Shown here in pieces: positions 16,996 through 27,107 of a stretch of DNA of 64,000 nt. The stretch lies in contig CBDAUH010000002.1 of assembly GCA_965200395.1 (NCBI GenBank), forward strand, positions 244,091-308,090, read 5' to 3'. Source of the DNA: Candidatus Poribacteria bacterium. GTDB taxonomy: Bacteria > Poribacteria > WGA-4E > WGA-3G. Each line of letters begins with the position of its first letter. Position 1 is the first letter of the stretch. The translations under genes and the position numbers were made by a program. The notes beneath the pieces were generated by a model. The model did not search any database. It had not been told where the DNA came from and saw only the letters and a list, made by a program, of their open reading frames with translations.

Positions 16996-18744
16996 TCACA
17001 TTGCCTGTTTCAATCCAGGCAAGAAATAATCTTTAACAACAACTTCCCAACTCATACGCGATGCAATTTCATAACCTTCCTTTATCATATCCTCAACATC
17101 GCGCGGTTTTCGTGGTAGTCGACCCAGCAGTTTCGCTGCAATGTCTCGACTGTTCTCAACTTCAATCTGTGTTCTTTCAGTTAATCCAATGTTCATCACA
17201 TCTTCTAATGACCTAGGAGTAGCGTTAAGATGTGTATAATCCGCAATAACTACGTTCTGCACTTCGCGATTTTCTGTAGCACGTTGAATGAAACCGCAAC
17301 AACCACACACATTACTTACAACACAGATAGCACCGAAACTCAACGGCTCCACTTGTGCAATACCAAAAGGTTCATAGATTGACTGCCCAAATTCAGCATC
17401 ACTCCCTTTGCGAATGTCCATAAATTCCATATCTATCGGCATACGAGTTCCACAAGCAGTCTGACTCCACCCAAACTGATTAACGAAAACAACCTTTATT
17501 GCTTTTGATTGAAGATTGAAGGCAGAAACACCGTTGTTCAATTCAATCTCCGCACCGACCAAATCGGGATAACCGATTTTGTGGTGGACAGGCCAACCGT
17601 ATTCGCGCTCCATCTCGTGTATATCTTCGTGTGGTCGTCCGGTGGCAATTTCAGTTGAGAGAATAAATAGGACAGCAGTTTTATCATTAGAAGCAAGTAA
17701 CGGATCTAAATGGGTGAGAACCTGCAAATCCCGCCACAGTCCTTTGCTTTTGACAAGACGAGTTACATGCGTAAAGACATAATCTGGACGGTAATCGAGC
17801 AGTGTCCTTGCGTACTTTTGGAGACGCGCTTTTGATTCTAATTTATCTTCTAAACTCATTTCAAAAGCAGGTATTCCGTTATACACGAGGTTAATTGGGA
17901 AGGATTCAAATGGCCGTGCTAAAAAGCGGAGTTCATCAACGACAAGGTCACCGACAGCGAAGATAGTATCACAGAGATGTGCTTTGTCAATCAATGCGTG
18001 TTTGAAATACCAGAACGGATCGCCGAATGTATCACGGACTAGCATGCCCTGTTCTTTTGATTGCTGTAATGCGTTATAGAAACGGACATCGTGTCCGGGA
18101 TGTCCTTCAACTATAGGTCGTATCGTTGCCACTTCGTGTGCGTAGAAAATGGTACGCATATTCGCTGAACCGTTCCCATTTTTCCGTTCAATCTGCGTTT
18201 TGAGTGCAAGCGGCATACCCATAAATTCATGTGAGATGATATAAACAGGAGTATCTGTTTTTTCACCGATAAGCACTTGCAGTACTTGATAGGCAGGTTC
18301 GGCAAGACGCACATATTCCTCATACTCCCATTCACTTTCATAACGCGTTGAGTCTATACCGAAGTGTTCATAGAGCTGCCACTTGAACTGTCCAGTCAGG
18401 TCTTCATTGCTGTCAGAAACATTGATCAAAACCACATCTGTCAACGTAGTAACGTTTTGGTCTTTATTCTCAAATCGTCGCTGACCATAGATAAGTTCGA
18501 CGTGGTAAGTTTTTTCAATATCACTAAGTGCTGCAGCGTGTGGTGTTGATTTTATACCTTCGGCTGCGTGATACATCACCGCTTCGAATGCCCCTAAATC
18601 TGTATTAGTAAAAAGTGGACCGACAAGAAAGGTGCGTTCAATTGATTCATTGTAGCCGCGGGTTGTCAGCAATCCATCCAGAACTGCACCGATTCCCCCC
18701 ATCTTTTGGATCGCTTCGTGCGTGACGTGGACAACAATACTCAA
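16996..18744 (-). CDS. GT3-family (eukaryote-type) glycogen/alpha-glucan synthase
   Basis: N-terminus VVHVTHEAIQKMGGIGAVLDGL resembles the GT3 glycogen synthase N-terminal motif (EVAWEVANKVGGIYTV). Length 582 aa. Glycogen-gene context (glgB, glgC). Confidence 0.6.
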   Translation of the reverse strand: MSIVVHVTHEAIQKMGGIGAVLDGLLTTRGYNESIERTFLVGPLFTNTDLGAFEAVMYHAAEGIKSTPHAAALSDIEKTYHVELIYGQRRFENKDQNVTTLTDVVLINVSDSNEDLTGQFKWQLYEHFGIDSTRYESEWEYEEYVRLAEPAYQVLQVLIGEKTDTPVYIISHEFMGMPLALKTQIERKNGNGSANMRTIFYAHEVATIRPIVEGHPGHDVRFYNALQQSKEQGMLVRDTFGDPFWYFKHALIDKAHLCDTIFAVGDLVVDELRFLARPFESFPINLVYNGIPAFEMSLEDKLESKARLQKYARTLLDYRPDYVFTHVTRLVKSKGLWRDLQVLTHLDPLLASNDKTAVLFILSTEIATGRPHEDIHEMEREYGWPVHHKIGYPDLVGAEIELNNGVSAFNLQSKAIKVVFVNQFGWSQTACGTRMPIDMEFMDIRKGSDAEFGQSIYEPFGIAQVEPLSFGAICVVSNVCGCCGFIQRATENREVQNVVIADYTHLNATPRSLEDVMNIGLTERTQIEVENSRDIAAKLLGRLPRKPRDVEDMIKEGYEIASRMSWEVVVKDYFLPGLKQAM

Positions 18745-18800
18745 GATTTCACCTCACAAAATATAGAAACAGGACTTGCGCATTCCCCCGCTTGCGGGCT

Positions 18801-20135
18801 CACTTACCCCCATTTTTGTATGCGGTATGTGTAGGCGTGTGTGTGTATAGAAATAAGTTGGAAAGTCTGATGGGTTATGGTAGAATACCTCCATATAAAC
18901 CAATGTCGGTGAAAAACCGGCAGGGAGGTATTCTTATGAAATATACCCTTAGTTGGGTACACCCCAGAAAGATTATAACAGGTTTTCGTAAAGTTTTCAA
19001 CGGGGTTTGTATCAAAAAACCGACGCTCCGCAACTTTTATTTGATGCTACAGGCTGTGTGTGTAGCCCCAAGTTTTCGTATTCAATCGATTGCCTCACAT
19101 CTACCTATCCGTGTGAAACACGACAAGTCTAAGCAAAAGCGTGTGTTGCGGTTTATTGACACCTATTTTCCGGTTGCAGCGGTGAAGGGTGCTTGGTTGT
19201 CACATATAGTTGTCAGTGTGTGTCGTTCTGTGGGGATGCAGCATCTGCTTGTGCTGATAGACGAGACAGATTTACCGGGCGGATGGAAGGCGATTGTTGC
19301 AGCCCTTCCGTTTCGCAATCGTGCGATCCCGCTCTATTGGGTTCTGTATAAAAATGAGATGCTCAAAGATGGCACCTATCAAGGACATAACGATTTAGTT
19401 CAGCAGTTCTGTTGTGATGTCCATAGTCGCGTTGTTAAAGTGTTAGGGGATAGTCGGGAGCCTGTGTTGGTCTTTGACAGAGGGTTCGCCCGAGCGAGAG
19501 CGATCCTCAAGTTTTTTGAGGGGCAAGGCATCTGCTACTTGATGCGTGTGCCACGCAATGTTGGTGTGCGTATAGCAGGCAACAAGCAGTGCCTTGAAGA
19601 AGTGGCAAATGGTTTTTACCCACAAGTGCTTTATCACTACACGGAGCAGGTGCCTGTGGCACTCTATGTTGGGGGACAGCACACCAAGAAAGACCCGTTA
19701 TATCTTATCTCCAATCGGCTTCAGGGGAACCCCCTGCGAACTTGCTACAAGCGGCGGACACAGATTGAACACGGGTTCAGAGACTTGAAAACGAACTTCG
19801 GTTTCAAAGCACTCGTTTTGAGAAAGAACGAACAGCCCCGGATGGAAGTTCTGTTTTTGCTGGCAGTCGTGGCTTATGGTTTGGCGTTCCTGTGTTATGA
19901 AAAAGCTGCGGACAGATGGGCAAAAACTTTACACCCTACGCGGAAAGTTTACTCCGTGATCAGTGTCATCAACCGTATGATCCGCGAGGTGTGGACGCAG
20001 GAGGCGTTGCTCTTGTTCACCGAGAGGACTTGTTTGAGAGATATAAACTTTCTCACCGCAGAAGAACTGACATGACAACATTGGAAACCTATGAACACAA
20101 CTACACACGCATTCAAAAAAAAATGGGGGTAAGTG
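18801..20135 (+). mobile_element. IS4-family insertion sequence, copy A (1335 bp), first of a tandem pair
   Basis: Terminal inverted repeats (C)ACTTACCCCCATTTTT at both ends. Identical to copies B, C and D. Confidence 0.85.
18936..20075 (+). CDS. IS4-family DDE transposase (copy A)
   Basis: GGAGG RBS then ATG MKYTLSW. C-terminal YKRRTQIEHGFRDLKTNFGF (Y-R-E-K signature). Confidence 0.8.
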   Translation: MKYTLSWVHPRKIITGFRKVFNGVCIKKPTLRNFYLMLQAVCVAPSFRIQSIASHLPIRVKHDKSKQKRVLRFIDTYFPVAAVKGAWLSHIVVSVCRSVGMQHLLVLIDETDLPGGWKAIVAALPFRNRAIPLYWVLYKNEMLKDGTYQGHNDLVQQFCCDVHSRVVKVLGDSREPVLVFDRGFARARAILKFFEGQGICYLMRVPRNVGVRIAGNKQCLEEVANGFYPQVLYHYTEQVPVALYVGGQHTKKDPLYLISNRLQGNPLRTCYKRRTQIEHGFRDLKTNFGFKALVLRKNEQPRMEVLFLLAVVAYGLAFLCYEKAADRWAKTLHPTRKVYSVISVINRMIREVWTQEALLLFTERTCLRDINFLTAEELT

Positions 20136-20158
20136 CGGCTTGCGGGGGGATAAAGGCT

Positions 20159-21493
20159 CACTTACCCCCATTTTTGTATGCGGTATGTGTAGGCGTGTGT
20201 GTGTATAGAAATAAGTTGGAAAGTCTGATGGGTTATGGTAGAATACCTCCATATAAAATAATGTCGGTGAAAAACCGGCAGGGAGGTATTCTTATGAAAT
20301 ATACCCTTAGCTGGGTACATCCCAGAAAGATTATAACAGGTTTTCGTAAAGTTTTCAACGGGGTTTGTATCAAAAAACCGACGCTCCGCAACTTTTATTT
20401 GATGCTACAGGCTGTGTGTGTAGCCCCAAGTTTTCGTATTCAATCGATTGCCTCACATCTACCTATCCGTGTGAAACACGACAAGTCTAAGCAAAAGCGT
20501 GTGTTGCGGTTTATTGACACCTATTTTCCGGTTGCAGCGGTGAAGGGTGCTTGGTTGTCACATATAGTTGTCAGTGTGTGTCGTTCTGTGGGGATGCAGC
20601 ATCTGCTTGTGCTGATAGACGAGACAGATTTACCGGGCGGATGGAAGGCGATTGTTGCAGCCCTTCCGTTTCGCAATCGTGCGATCCCGCTCTATTGGGT
20701 TCTGTATAAAAATGAGATGCTCAAAGATGGCACCTATCAAGGACATAACGATTTAGTTCAGCAGTTCTGTTGTGATGTCCATAGTCGCGTTGTTAAAGTG
20801 TTAGGGGATAGTCGGGAGCCTGTGTTGGTTTTTGACAGAGGGTTCGCCCGAGCGAGAGCGATCCTCAAGTTTTTTGAGGGGCAAGGCATCTGCTACTTGA
20901 TGCGTGTGCCACGCAATGTTGGTGTGCGTATAGCAGGCAACAAGCAGTGCCTTGAAGAAGTGGCAAATGGTTTTTACCCACAAGTGCTTTATCACTACAC
21001 GGAGCAGGTGCCTGTGGCACTCTATGTTGGGGGACAGCACACCAAGAAAGACCCGTTATATCTTATCTCCAATCGGCTTCAGGGGAACCCCCTGCGAACT
21101 TGCTACAAGCGGCGGACACAGATTGAACACGGGTTCAGAGACTTGAAAACGAACTTCGGTTTCAAAGCACTCGTTTTGAGAAAGAACGAACAGCCCCGGA
21201 TGGAAGTTCTGTTTTTGTTGGCAGTCGTGGCTTATGGTTTGGCGTTCCTGTGTTATGAAAAAGCTGCGGACAGATGGGCAAAAACTTTACACCCTACGCG
21301 GAAAGTTTACTCCGTGATCAGTGTCATCAACCGTATGATCCGCGAGGTGTGGACGCAGGAGGCGTTGCTCTTGTTCACCGAGAGGACTTGTTTGAGAGAT
21401 ATAAACTTTCTCACCGCAGAAGAACTGACATGACAACATTGGAGACCTATGAACACAACTACACACGCATTCAAAAAAAAATGGGGGTAAGTG
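20159..21493 (+). mobile_element. IS4-family insertion sequence, copy B (tandem to A; 23-bp spacer CTTGCGGGGGGATAAAGG... recapitulating the target)
   Basis: Identical to copy A. Confidence 0.85.
20294..21433 (+). CDS. IS4-family DDE transposase (copy B)
   Basis: Identical protein to copy A. Confidence 0.8.
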   Translation: MKYTLSWVHPRKIITGFRKVFNGVCIKKPTLRNFYLMLQAVCVAPSFRIQSIASHLPIRVKHDKSKQKRVLRFIDTYFPVAAVKGAWLSHIVVSVCRSVGMQHLLVLIDETDLPGGWKAIVAALPFRNRAIPLYWVLYKNEMLKDGTYQGHNDLVQQFCCDVHSRVVKVLGDSREPVLVFDRGFARARAILKFFEGQGICYLMRVPRNVGVRIAGNKQCLEEVANGFYPQVLYHYTEQVPVALYVGGQHTKKDPLYLISNRLQGNPLRTCYKRRTQIEHGFRDLKTNFGFKALVLRKNEQPRMEVLFLLAVVAYGLAFLCYEKAADRWAKTLHPTRKVYSVISVINRMIREVWTQEALLLFTERTCLRDINFLTAEELT

Positions 21494-21790
21494 CGGGATA
21501 AAGGGGGGTAAGACCTCGAAAGTAACGAAAAATACAGGATAAAATACATAAAAAACGTGAGTTCCATAAACATTTATGAATTTTGTATCTTATGAAATTC
21601 GCCTTAGCATAGCGAAGCAAAGACGGACAATTCCGTGAGTTCGGTGTCCGAAATACGAAGGATATTTGTAGCACAACCTGTCTAGGTTGTGCATCCTACA
21701 AAAAATGGTTTATTTCCAAACTCACGTTAAAAAACAAAATTCTAAACAAGAACACACAAATTTGCGTCCGTCCTACAGAAATTAGGATGT
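21494..21790. repeat. right half of the MITE M1 into which IS copies A/B inserted. It itself carries a nested M2 MITE (TIR AACGTGAGTTCCATAAACAT ... ATTTCCAAACTCACGTT with an internal R1 hairpin)
   Basis: Sequence matches M1 at 21987-22116 except for a ~170-bp insert bounded by inverted repeats. Confidence 0.6.
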
Positions 21791-21986
21791 TTTAAAATAC
21801 CATGCAAAATAGGAAAGTGTCAAGTTGTTTTGGCATATCCGAATAATGGTAGATTTTAGAATTAATCGGACATTCAGACAGTTCTTAGGTCGGGTAGAGT
21901 TTGCGAAACCCGACTATCATTGAGTTAAGTCGCAATTCGAAGATCGCTCCTATGGATGCAGTGTCTATTTATTTTCATATTTAACC

Positions 21987-22116
21987 CAGGACTTATGCAT
22001 TCCCCCCGCTTGCGGGGGATAAAGGGGGGTAAGTCCTCGAAAATAGCAAAAAATACGGGATAAAATACATAAAAAACAAAATTTTAAACAAGAACACACA
22101 AAATTGCGTAAGTCCT
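21987..22116. repeat. intact 130-bp MITE M1 (TIRs CAGGACTTATGCA ... TGCGTAAGTCCTG), the unoccupied IS4 target
   Basis: Internal site CCCCGCTTGCGGGGGATAAAGGGGGGTAAG is exactly where copies A/B and D are inserted. Confidence 0.75.
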
Positions 22117-22140
22117 GTTTAACCATAATTCGATTTTCCG

Positions 22141-22169
22141 TTGCTTATACCAAGTTTTAAACGTATAAT
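22141..22169 (+). promoter_or_regulatory. sigma70-type promoter TTGCTT-N17-TATAAT for hisB
   Basis: Hexamers at 22141-22146 and 22164-22169, about 50 nt upstream of the hisB ATG. Confidence 0.45.
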
Positions 22170-22219
22170 TGAATAAGCACAACGTAAGACTGATTCAATC
22201 ATATATAAAGCACAACATA

Positions 22220-22807
22220 ATGGAAAGAAAAACAGAAATTACACGCGAAACCAATGAAACCCAAATCCGCCTTTGTCTCAACCTTGATGGAGATGGTACA
22301 CATAATATAAACACTGGCGTTGGATTTTTGGATCACATGTTAGAACTCTTTGCAAAACATGGGTTCTTCGATCTGGAGATTGAAGCGAAGGGTGATTTGC
22401 ATGTTGACGCACATCACACCACGGAAGATGTCGGTATCTGTTTGGGACAAGCGATAAAGGAAGCCGTTGGAGATAAAGCTGGCATGCGGCGTTTCGGCAG
22501 TTTCACTGTTCCAATGTATGAATCCCTCGCAAAAGTTGATATGGATATCTGTGGACGACCTTATCTCCATTATGAAACCCCACTTGATTTCGGTAAAATC
22601 GGAGAGTTTGATATAGAGTTAGCGGAAGAATTTTTCCATGGATTTGTCAACAACAGTGGTACAACGCTACATATCAATGTTCCGTATGGTACAAATCAAC
22701 ATCATATTATTGAAGCGATTTTTAAGGCAGTGGCAAAAGCATTAGATATCGCAACTCAGATAGATAATCGTATCAGAGGCGTACATTCTACTAAGGGAAG
22801 TTTGTAG
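22220..22807 (+). CDS. hisB: imidazoleglycerol-phosphate dehydratase
   Basis: [16 protein letters not shown]...[16 protein letters not shown]...[11 protein letters not shown]...[15 protein letters not shown] are IGPD motifs. Confidence 0.9.
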   Translation: MERKTEITRETNETQIRLCLNLDGDGTHNINTGVGFLDHMLELFAKHGFFDLEIEAKGDLHVDAHHTTEDVGICLGQAIKEAVGDKAGMRRFGSFTVPMYESLAKVDMDICGRPYLHYETPLDFGKIGEFDIELAEEFFHGFVNNSGTTLHINVPYGTNQHHIIEAIFKAVAKALDIATQIDNRIRGVHSTKGSL

Positions 22808-22824
22808 GAAACATAGGAAATCTT

Positions 22825-24116
22825 ATGAGAAATGGGAATGTTATTGCTGTAATACTTGGCGGCGGTCGCGGCACACGTTTATTTCCACTGACACGCGACC
22901 GCGCAAAACCGAGTGTCCCAATTGCAGGCAAATTTAGACTGGTCGATATTCCGATTAGTAACTGCCTCTATTCGGGCTTAGAACGGATATATGTCTTGAC
23001 ACAGTTTAATTCTGTATCTCTAAATAGGCACATTGCACAGGCATACCGGTTTGATAGTTATCGGCGCGGGTTCGTACAAATTTTAGCTGCACAACAGACC
23101 CTAATGGGAGATGAATGGTATCAGGGAACAGCGGATGCAATTAAGCATAACCAACCTTACATTCTCAATCCACGTTTTGCAAACGAACATGTGCTGATCC
23201 TTGCAGGTGATCATCTCTATCGAATGGATTATCGGAAGATGTTGGCAGTTCACAATGAAACAAACGCAGACATCACAGTTTCTGTCATTCCTGTGAACAA
23301 AGAGGTTACAAGCGCGCTCGGTATCCTCCAAGCTGATGCAAGTGGACGTATTACTGATTTTGTTGAAAAACCCCAAACACATGAAGAACTGCAGCAATTG
23401 CGGGTTGAACCGAATGTCTTTACTTCACGTGGTATTGAACCGAAAGGTAGAGAGTATATTGCCTCAATGGGTATTTACATCTTTAATCGAAATGTACTAC
23501 AAGAGGTATTACAGGATGATTCAAATGTGGATTTTGGTAGGGACATAATACCAAAAAGCATAAAGACACATACAGTTTCTGCTTATTTTTTTGATGGGTA
23601 TTGGGAGGATATCGGGACTATCCGAGCCTTTTATGCCGCAAATATCGCACTAACGGATGCTTCCCTGAATTCAATTTTTACGATGAACAAGCACCTATCT
23701 ATACTAACAGAAGGCATCTACCAAGCACAAAAGTAAACAGTAGTAGTATTCGCTCATCTGTTCTTGCAGAGGGTTCTATCATTGATGATTCAGAATTGGA
23801 CAGAACAATCGTTGGAATACGAAGTATCATCTCAAGTGGCAGCCGGGTATATCAGTCGGTCCTGATGGGGGCTGATTTCTATGAGTCGAATGCACTTCGG
23901 TCAGAAAATGAACAGGCAGGGATCCCACATGTTGGGATTGGCAAAAAATGTCTAATACAAAATGCAATTATTGACAAAAATGCACGAATTGGCGATAATG
24001 CAGTAATCGCAAATACAAAAAATGTTGACAATTTTGATGCAGATAACTATTATATACGCGACGGGATAGTAATTGTACCTAAAGATGCTACGATTCTACC
24101 TGATACAGTAATATAA
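22825..24116 (+). pseudogene. glgC: glucose-1-phosphate adenylyltransferase with an apparent -1 frameshift near 23662 (CCC run)
   Basis: Frame 1 carries the N-terminal NTP-transferase domain (VIAVILGGGRGTRLFPLT...QGTADAI). Frame 3 carries the C-terminal LbH domain (PEFNFYDEQAPIYT...GIGKKCLIQNAIIDKNARIG). The junction LTDAS|PEFNFY needs one extra C. Confidence 0.75.
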
Positions 24117-24165
24117 AGCTTGCTTTTCGAGCAGGTAGAGATATTTCTCATCTGCAATTACGTCT

Positions 24166-24954
24166 TTGGACAAAGGAACAATACAGATGAATAAACTTTT
24201 ATTTTTCTTAATTTTCGGTTTATTAATTATTTCTCCACAACTGATGGCACTTGATACAGATGGCTTAGTTGGGGCATGGTTGATGGACGATAAAGGAGAC
24301 ACAGTTTCTGATTCTTCTGAAAATGGTTTGGATGGAAATATAGCAAGAGGAAACCCAAAATGGGTCGCTGGTAAATTTGGGGGGGCAATGGAATTTGGCG
24401 GGGCAGACATGGTTACAGTTGGTGACAATGCTGCACTTGACCTCAAATCCTTTACACTCTCCGCCTGGATTAATATACCGAAAGTCTCTGGAGCCTGGCA
24501 AATTATAGCATCCAAAGAACACCGGAACCCGACAGGACGCAACTATGGTTTATTCGGCCATATTAACACAGGGGTAGTTCACTACTCCTTTACAACTGGT
24601 GGTTGGAAGTCTTTTGATGGTAAAACTGTTGTAACTGATGGCAAGTGGCATCATGTTGCTGCAACTTACGAAAAACCAGATTTCAAACTCTATATTGATG
24701 GAGAGGTAGACGCACAAGTTGCCCCGAATACTGATCCCGATAACCATGATAACTTTCTCTTTATTGGCGGATGCGACATAGGCAACTATTGGATGACAGG
24801 TTCTATTGACGAGGTGGTCCTATATAACAAAGCCCTTGATGCAGCTGATATAAAGGCACTCATGAATAGCAGTTTCGTCGACGCTCTTGACGTTCAACCG
24901 GGTGGCAAATTAGTTACAACATGGAGCAAGATTAAAAACAGGGTAACAAAGTAA
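24166..24954 (+). CDS. secreted LamG/concanavalin-A-like lectin domain protein
   Basis: Signal peptide, then DGLVGAWLMDDKGDTVSDSSENGLDG...LSAWINI...WHHVAATYE...LYIDGE is a Laminin_G_3 pattern. Confidence 0.6.
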   Translation: MDKGTIQMNKLLFFLIFGLLIISPQLMALDTDGLVGAWLMDDKGDTVSDSSENGLDGNIARGNPKWVAGKFGGAMEFGGADMVTVGDNAALDLKSFTLSAWINIPKVSGAWQIIASKEHRNPTGRNYGLFGHINTGVVHYSFTTGGWKSFDGKTVVTDGKWHHVAATYEKPDFKLYIDGEVDAQVAPNTDPDNHDNFLFIGGCDIGNYWMTGSIDEVVLYNKALDAADIKALMNSSFVDALDVQPGGKLVTTWSKIKNRVTK

Positions 24955-25100
24955 ACTCTACTGTTTTATCTACGATATTCACTCGTGATACATATAAACA
25001 GTTTGCGTATTCACTATTCTACATGATACTTCGATAATTCTCGTACAGCATAAGCTAACATAAAATTTTTGTTAGTATTAAAGGAAAGCGTGCATAAGAT

Positions 25101-25376
25101 ATGGCTGAAATAAGACAGCAGCTTCTTGTCTTACATTTACACACACCCGACCTAAACAGCCACGTCGTTGCCTGGGCAATGTATGATGGCACAGGTCAAA
25201 AACGTTACACCACTGGTGATAGTGAGACTCCCCCCTACAACTCAGTTGTTGAAGCAATGCAGGACGGTTGGCGGGTTATTCAGTTTCCACAACAATTTCC
25301 CGCATATCCTGGGATGGAGTATAACACTTCGTATCTAAGATTTGAATATATTTTAGAGAAGTTGGAGGAAATTTAA
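25101..25376 (+). CDS. hypothetical protein (91 aa), stop/start overlap (TAATG) with the downstream phyH
   Basis: ORF plus translational coupling. Confidence 0.35.
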   Translation: MAEIRQQLLVLHLHTPDLNSHVVAWAMYDGTGQKRYTTGDSETPPYNSVVEAMQDGWRVIQFPQQFPAYPGMEYNTSYLRFEYILEKLEEI

Positions 25377-25772
25377 TGGTTGATAAACAGCATCTCCTAA
25401 CCACAGAACAGATGGCGAATTTCGTAGCTGATGGTTACCTTCGCTTTGATGATTTTATTCCGGATGAATTAAATAAAGCTGCCCATGAAGAGATGGCATC
25501 AGGTATGGCAGTTCGAGGGGGCGGCGGCACCGTCCTAGATAATGTCTGGCATGATGATTCTGCTGTTGGCAAAGTCTTCCGTTTGCCCAAAGTGCAAGGT
25601 ATAATCCAAAGTCTTGTCGGTGAAAGTCCGTTGTATGATCATCATGCAGTGCATATTGTGCGTCCACAAAGTCAACATGGGCAAATTTGGCATGCAGATG
25701 CGATCATTGACATACGGATGCATTTTGACATCCAGTTCTTCTATTTTTCACACGACACCCCCCGAGAAATCG

Positions 25773-27107
25773 CACTTACCCCCATTTTTTTTTGAATGCG
25801 TGTGTAGTTGTGTTCATAGGTTTCCAATGTTGTCATGTCAGTCCTTCTGCGGTGAGAAAGTTTATATCTCTCAAACAAGTCCTCTCGGTGAACAAGAGCA
25901 ACGCCTCCTGCGTCCACACCTCGCGGATCATACGGTTGATGACACTGATCACGGAGTAAACTTTCCGCGTAGGGTGTAAAGTTTTTGCCCATCTGTCCGC
26001 AGCTTTTTCATAACACAGGAACGCCAAACCATAAGCCACGACTGCCAGCAAAAACAGAACTTCCATCCGGGGCTGTTCGTTCTTTCTCAAAACGAGTGCT
26101 TTGAAACCGAAGTTCGTTTTCAAGTCTCTGAACCCGTGTTCAATCTGTGTCCGCCGCTTGTAGCAAGTTCGCAGGGGGTTCCCCTGAAGCCGATTGGAGA
26201 TAAGATATAACGGGTCTTTCTTGGTGTGCTGTCCCCCAACATAGAGTGCCACAGGCACCTGCTCCGTGTAGTGATAAAGCACTTGTGGGTAAAAACCATT
26301 TGCCACTTCTTCAAGGCACTGCTTGTTGCCTGCTATACGCACACCAACATTGCGTGGCACACGCATCAAGTAGCAGATGCCTTGCCCCTCAAAAAACTTG
26401 AGGATCGCTCTCGCTCGGGCGAACCCTCTGTCAAAGACCAACACAGGCTCCCGACTATCCCCTAACACTTTAACAACGCGACTATGGACATCACAACAGA
26501 ACTGCTGAACTAAATCGTTATGTCCTTGATAGGTGCCATCTTTGAGCATCTCATTTTTATACAGAACCCAATAGAGCGGGATCGCACGATTGCGAAACGG
26601 AAGGGCTGCAACAATCGCCTTCCATCCGCCCGGTAAATCTGTCTCGTCTATCAGCACAAGCAGATGCTGCATCCCCACAGAACGACACACACTGACAACT
26701 ATATGTGACAACCAAGCACCCTTCACCGCTGCAACCGGAAAATAGGTGTCAATAAACCGCAACACACGCTTTTGCTTAGACTTGTCGTGTTTCACACGGA
26801 TAGGTAGATGTGAGGCAATCGATTGAATACGAAAACTTGGGGCTACACACACAGCCTGTAGCATCAAATAAAAGTTGCGGAGCGTCGGTTTTTTGATACA
26901 AACCCCGTTGAAAACTTTACGAAAACCTGTTATAATCTTTCTGGGGTGTACCCAACTAAGGGTATATTTCATAAGAATACCTCCCTGCCGGTTTTTCACC
27001 GACATTATTTTATATGGAGGTATTCTACCATAACCCATCAGACTTTCCAACTTATTTCTATACACACACACGCCTACACATACCGCATACAAAAATGGGG
27101 GTAAGTG
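25773..27107 (-). mobile_element. IS4-family insertion sequence, copy C, flanked by 9-bp target-site duplication CCGAGAAAT
   Basis: Identical 1335-bp element. CCGAGAAAT appears at 25764-25772 and 27110-27118. Confidence 0.85.
25833..26972 (-). CDS. IS4-family DDE transposase (copy C)
   Basis: Identical to copy A. Confidence 0.8.
   Translation of the reverse strand: MKYTLSWVHPRKIITGFRKVFNGVCIKKPTLRNFYLMLQAVCVAPSFRIQSIASHLPIRVKHDKSKQKRVLRFIDTYFPVAAVKGAWLSHIVVSVCRSVGMQHLLVLIDETDLPGGWKAIVAALPFRNRAIPLYWVLYKNEMLKDGTYQGHNDLVQQFCCDVHSRVVKVLGDSREPVLVFDRGFARARAILKFFEGQGICYLMRVPRNVGVRIAGNKQCLEEVANGFYPQVLYHYTEQVPVALYVGGQHTKKDPLYLISNRLQGNPLRTCYKRRTQIEHGFRDLKTNFGFKALVLRKNEQPRMEVLFLLAVVAYGLAFLCYEKAADRWAKTLHPTRKVYSVISVINRMIREVWTQEALLLFTERTCLRDINFLTAEGLT

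Noticed and set aside
19443-19788. Short antisense or overlapping ORFs inside the IS4 copies (e.g. 19443-19682, 19594-19788, and equivalents in copies B-D)
   Set aside because: They are fully contained within the transposase gene on other frames and have no independent support.
18792-20075. Longer transposase ORF versions starting MRAHLPPFLYAV / MYAVCV
   Set aside because: The upstream extension reads through the IS inverted repeat. A GGAGG RBS precedes the ATG of MKYTLSW, so that is the more plausible start.
21840-21986. Hairpin GTCGGGT-N12-ACCCGAC as a terminator
   Set aside because: No downstream T-tract. It lies in non-coding repeat-rich DNA between IS copy B and MITE M1, so its function is unclear.
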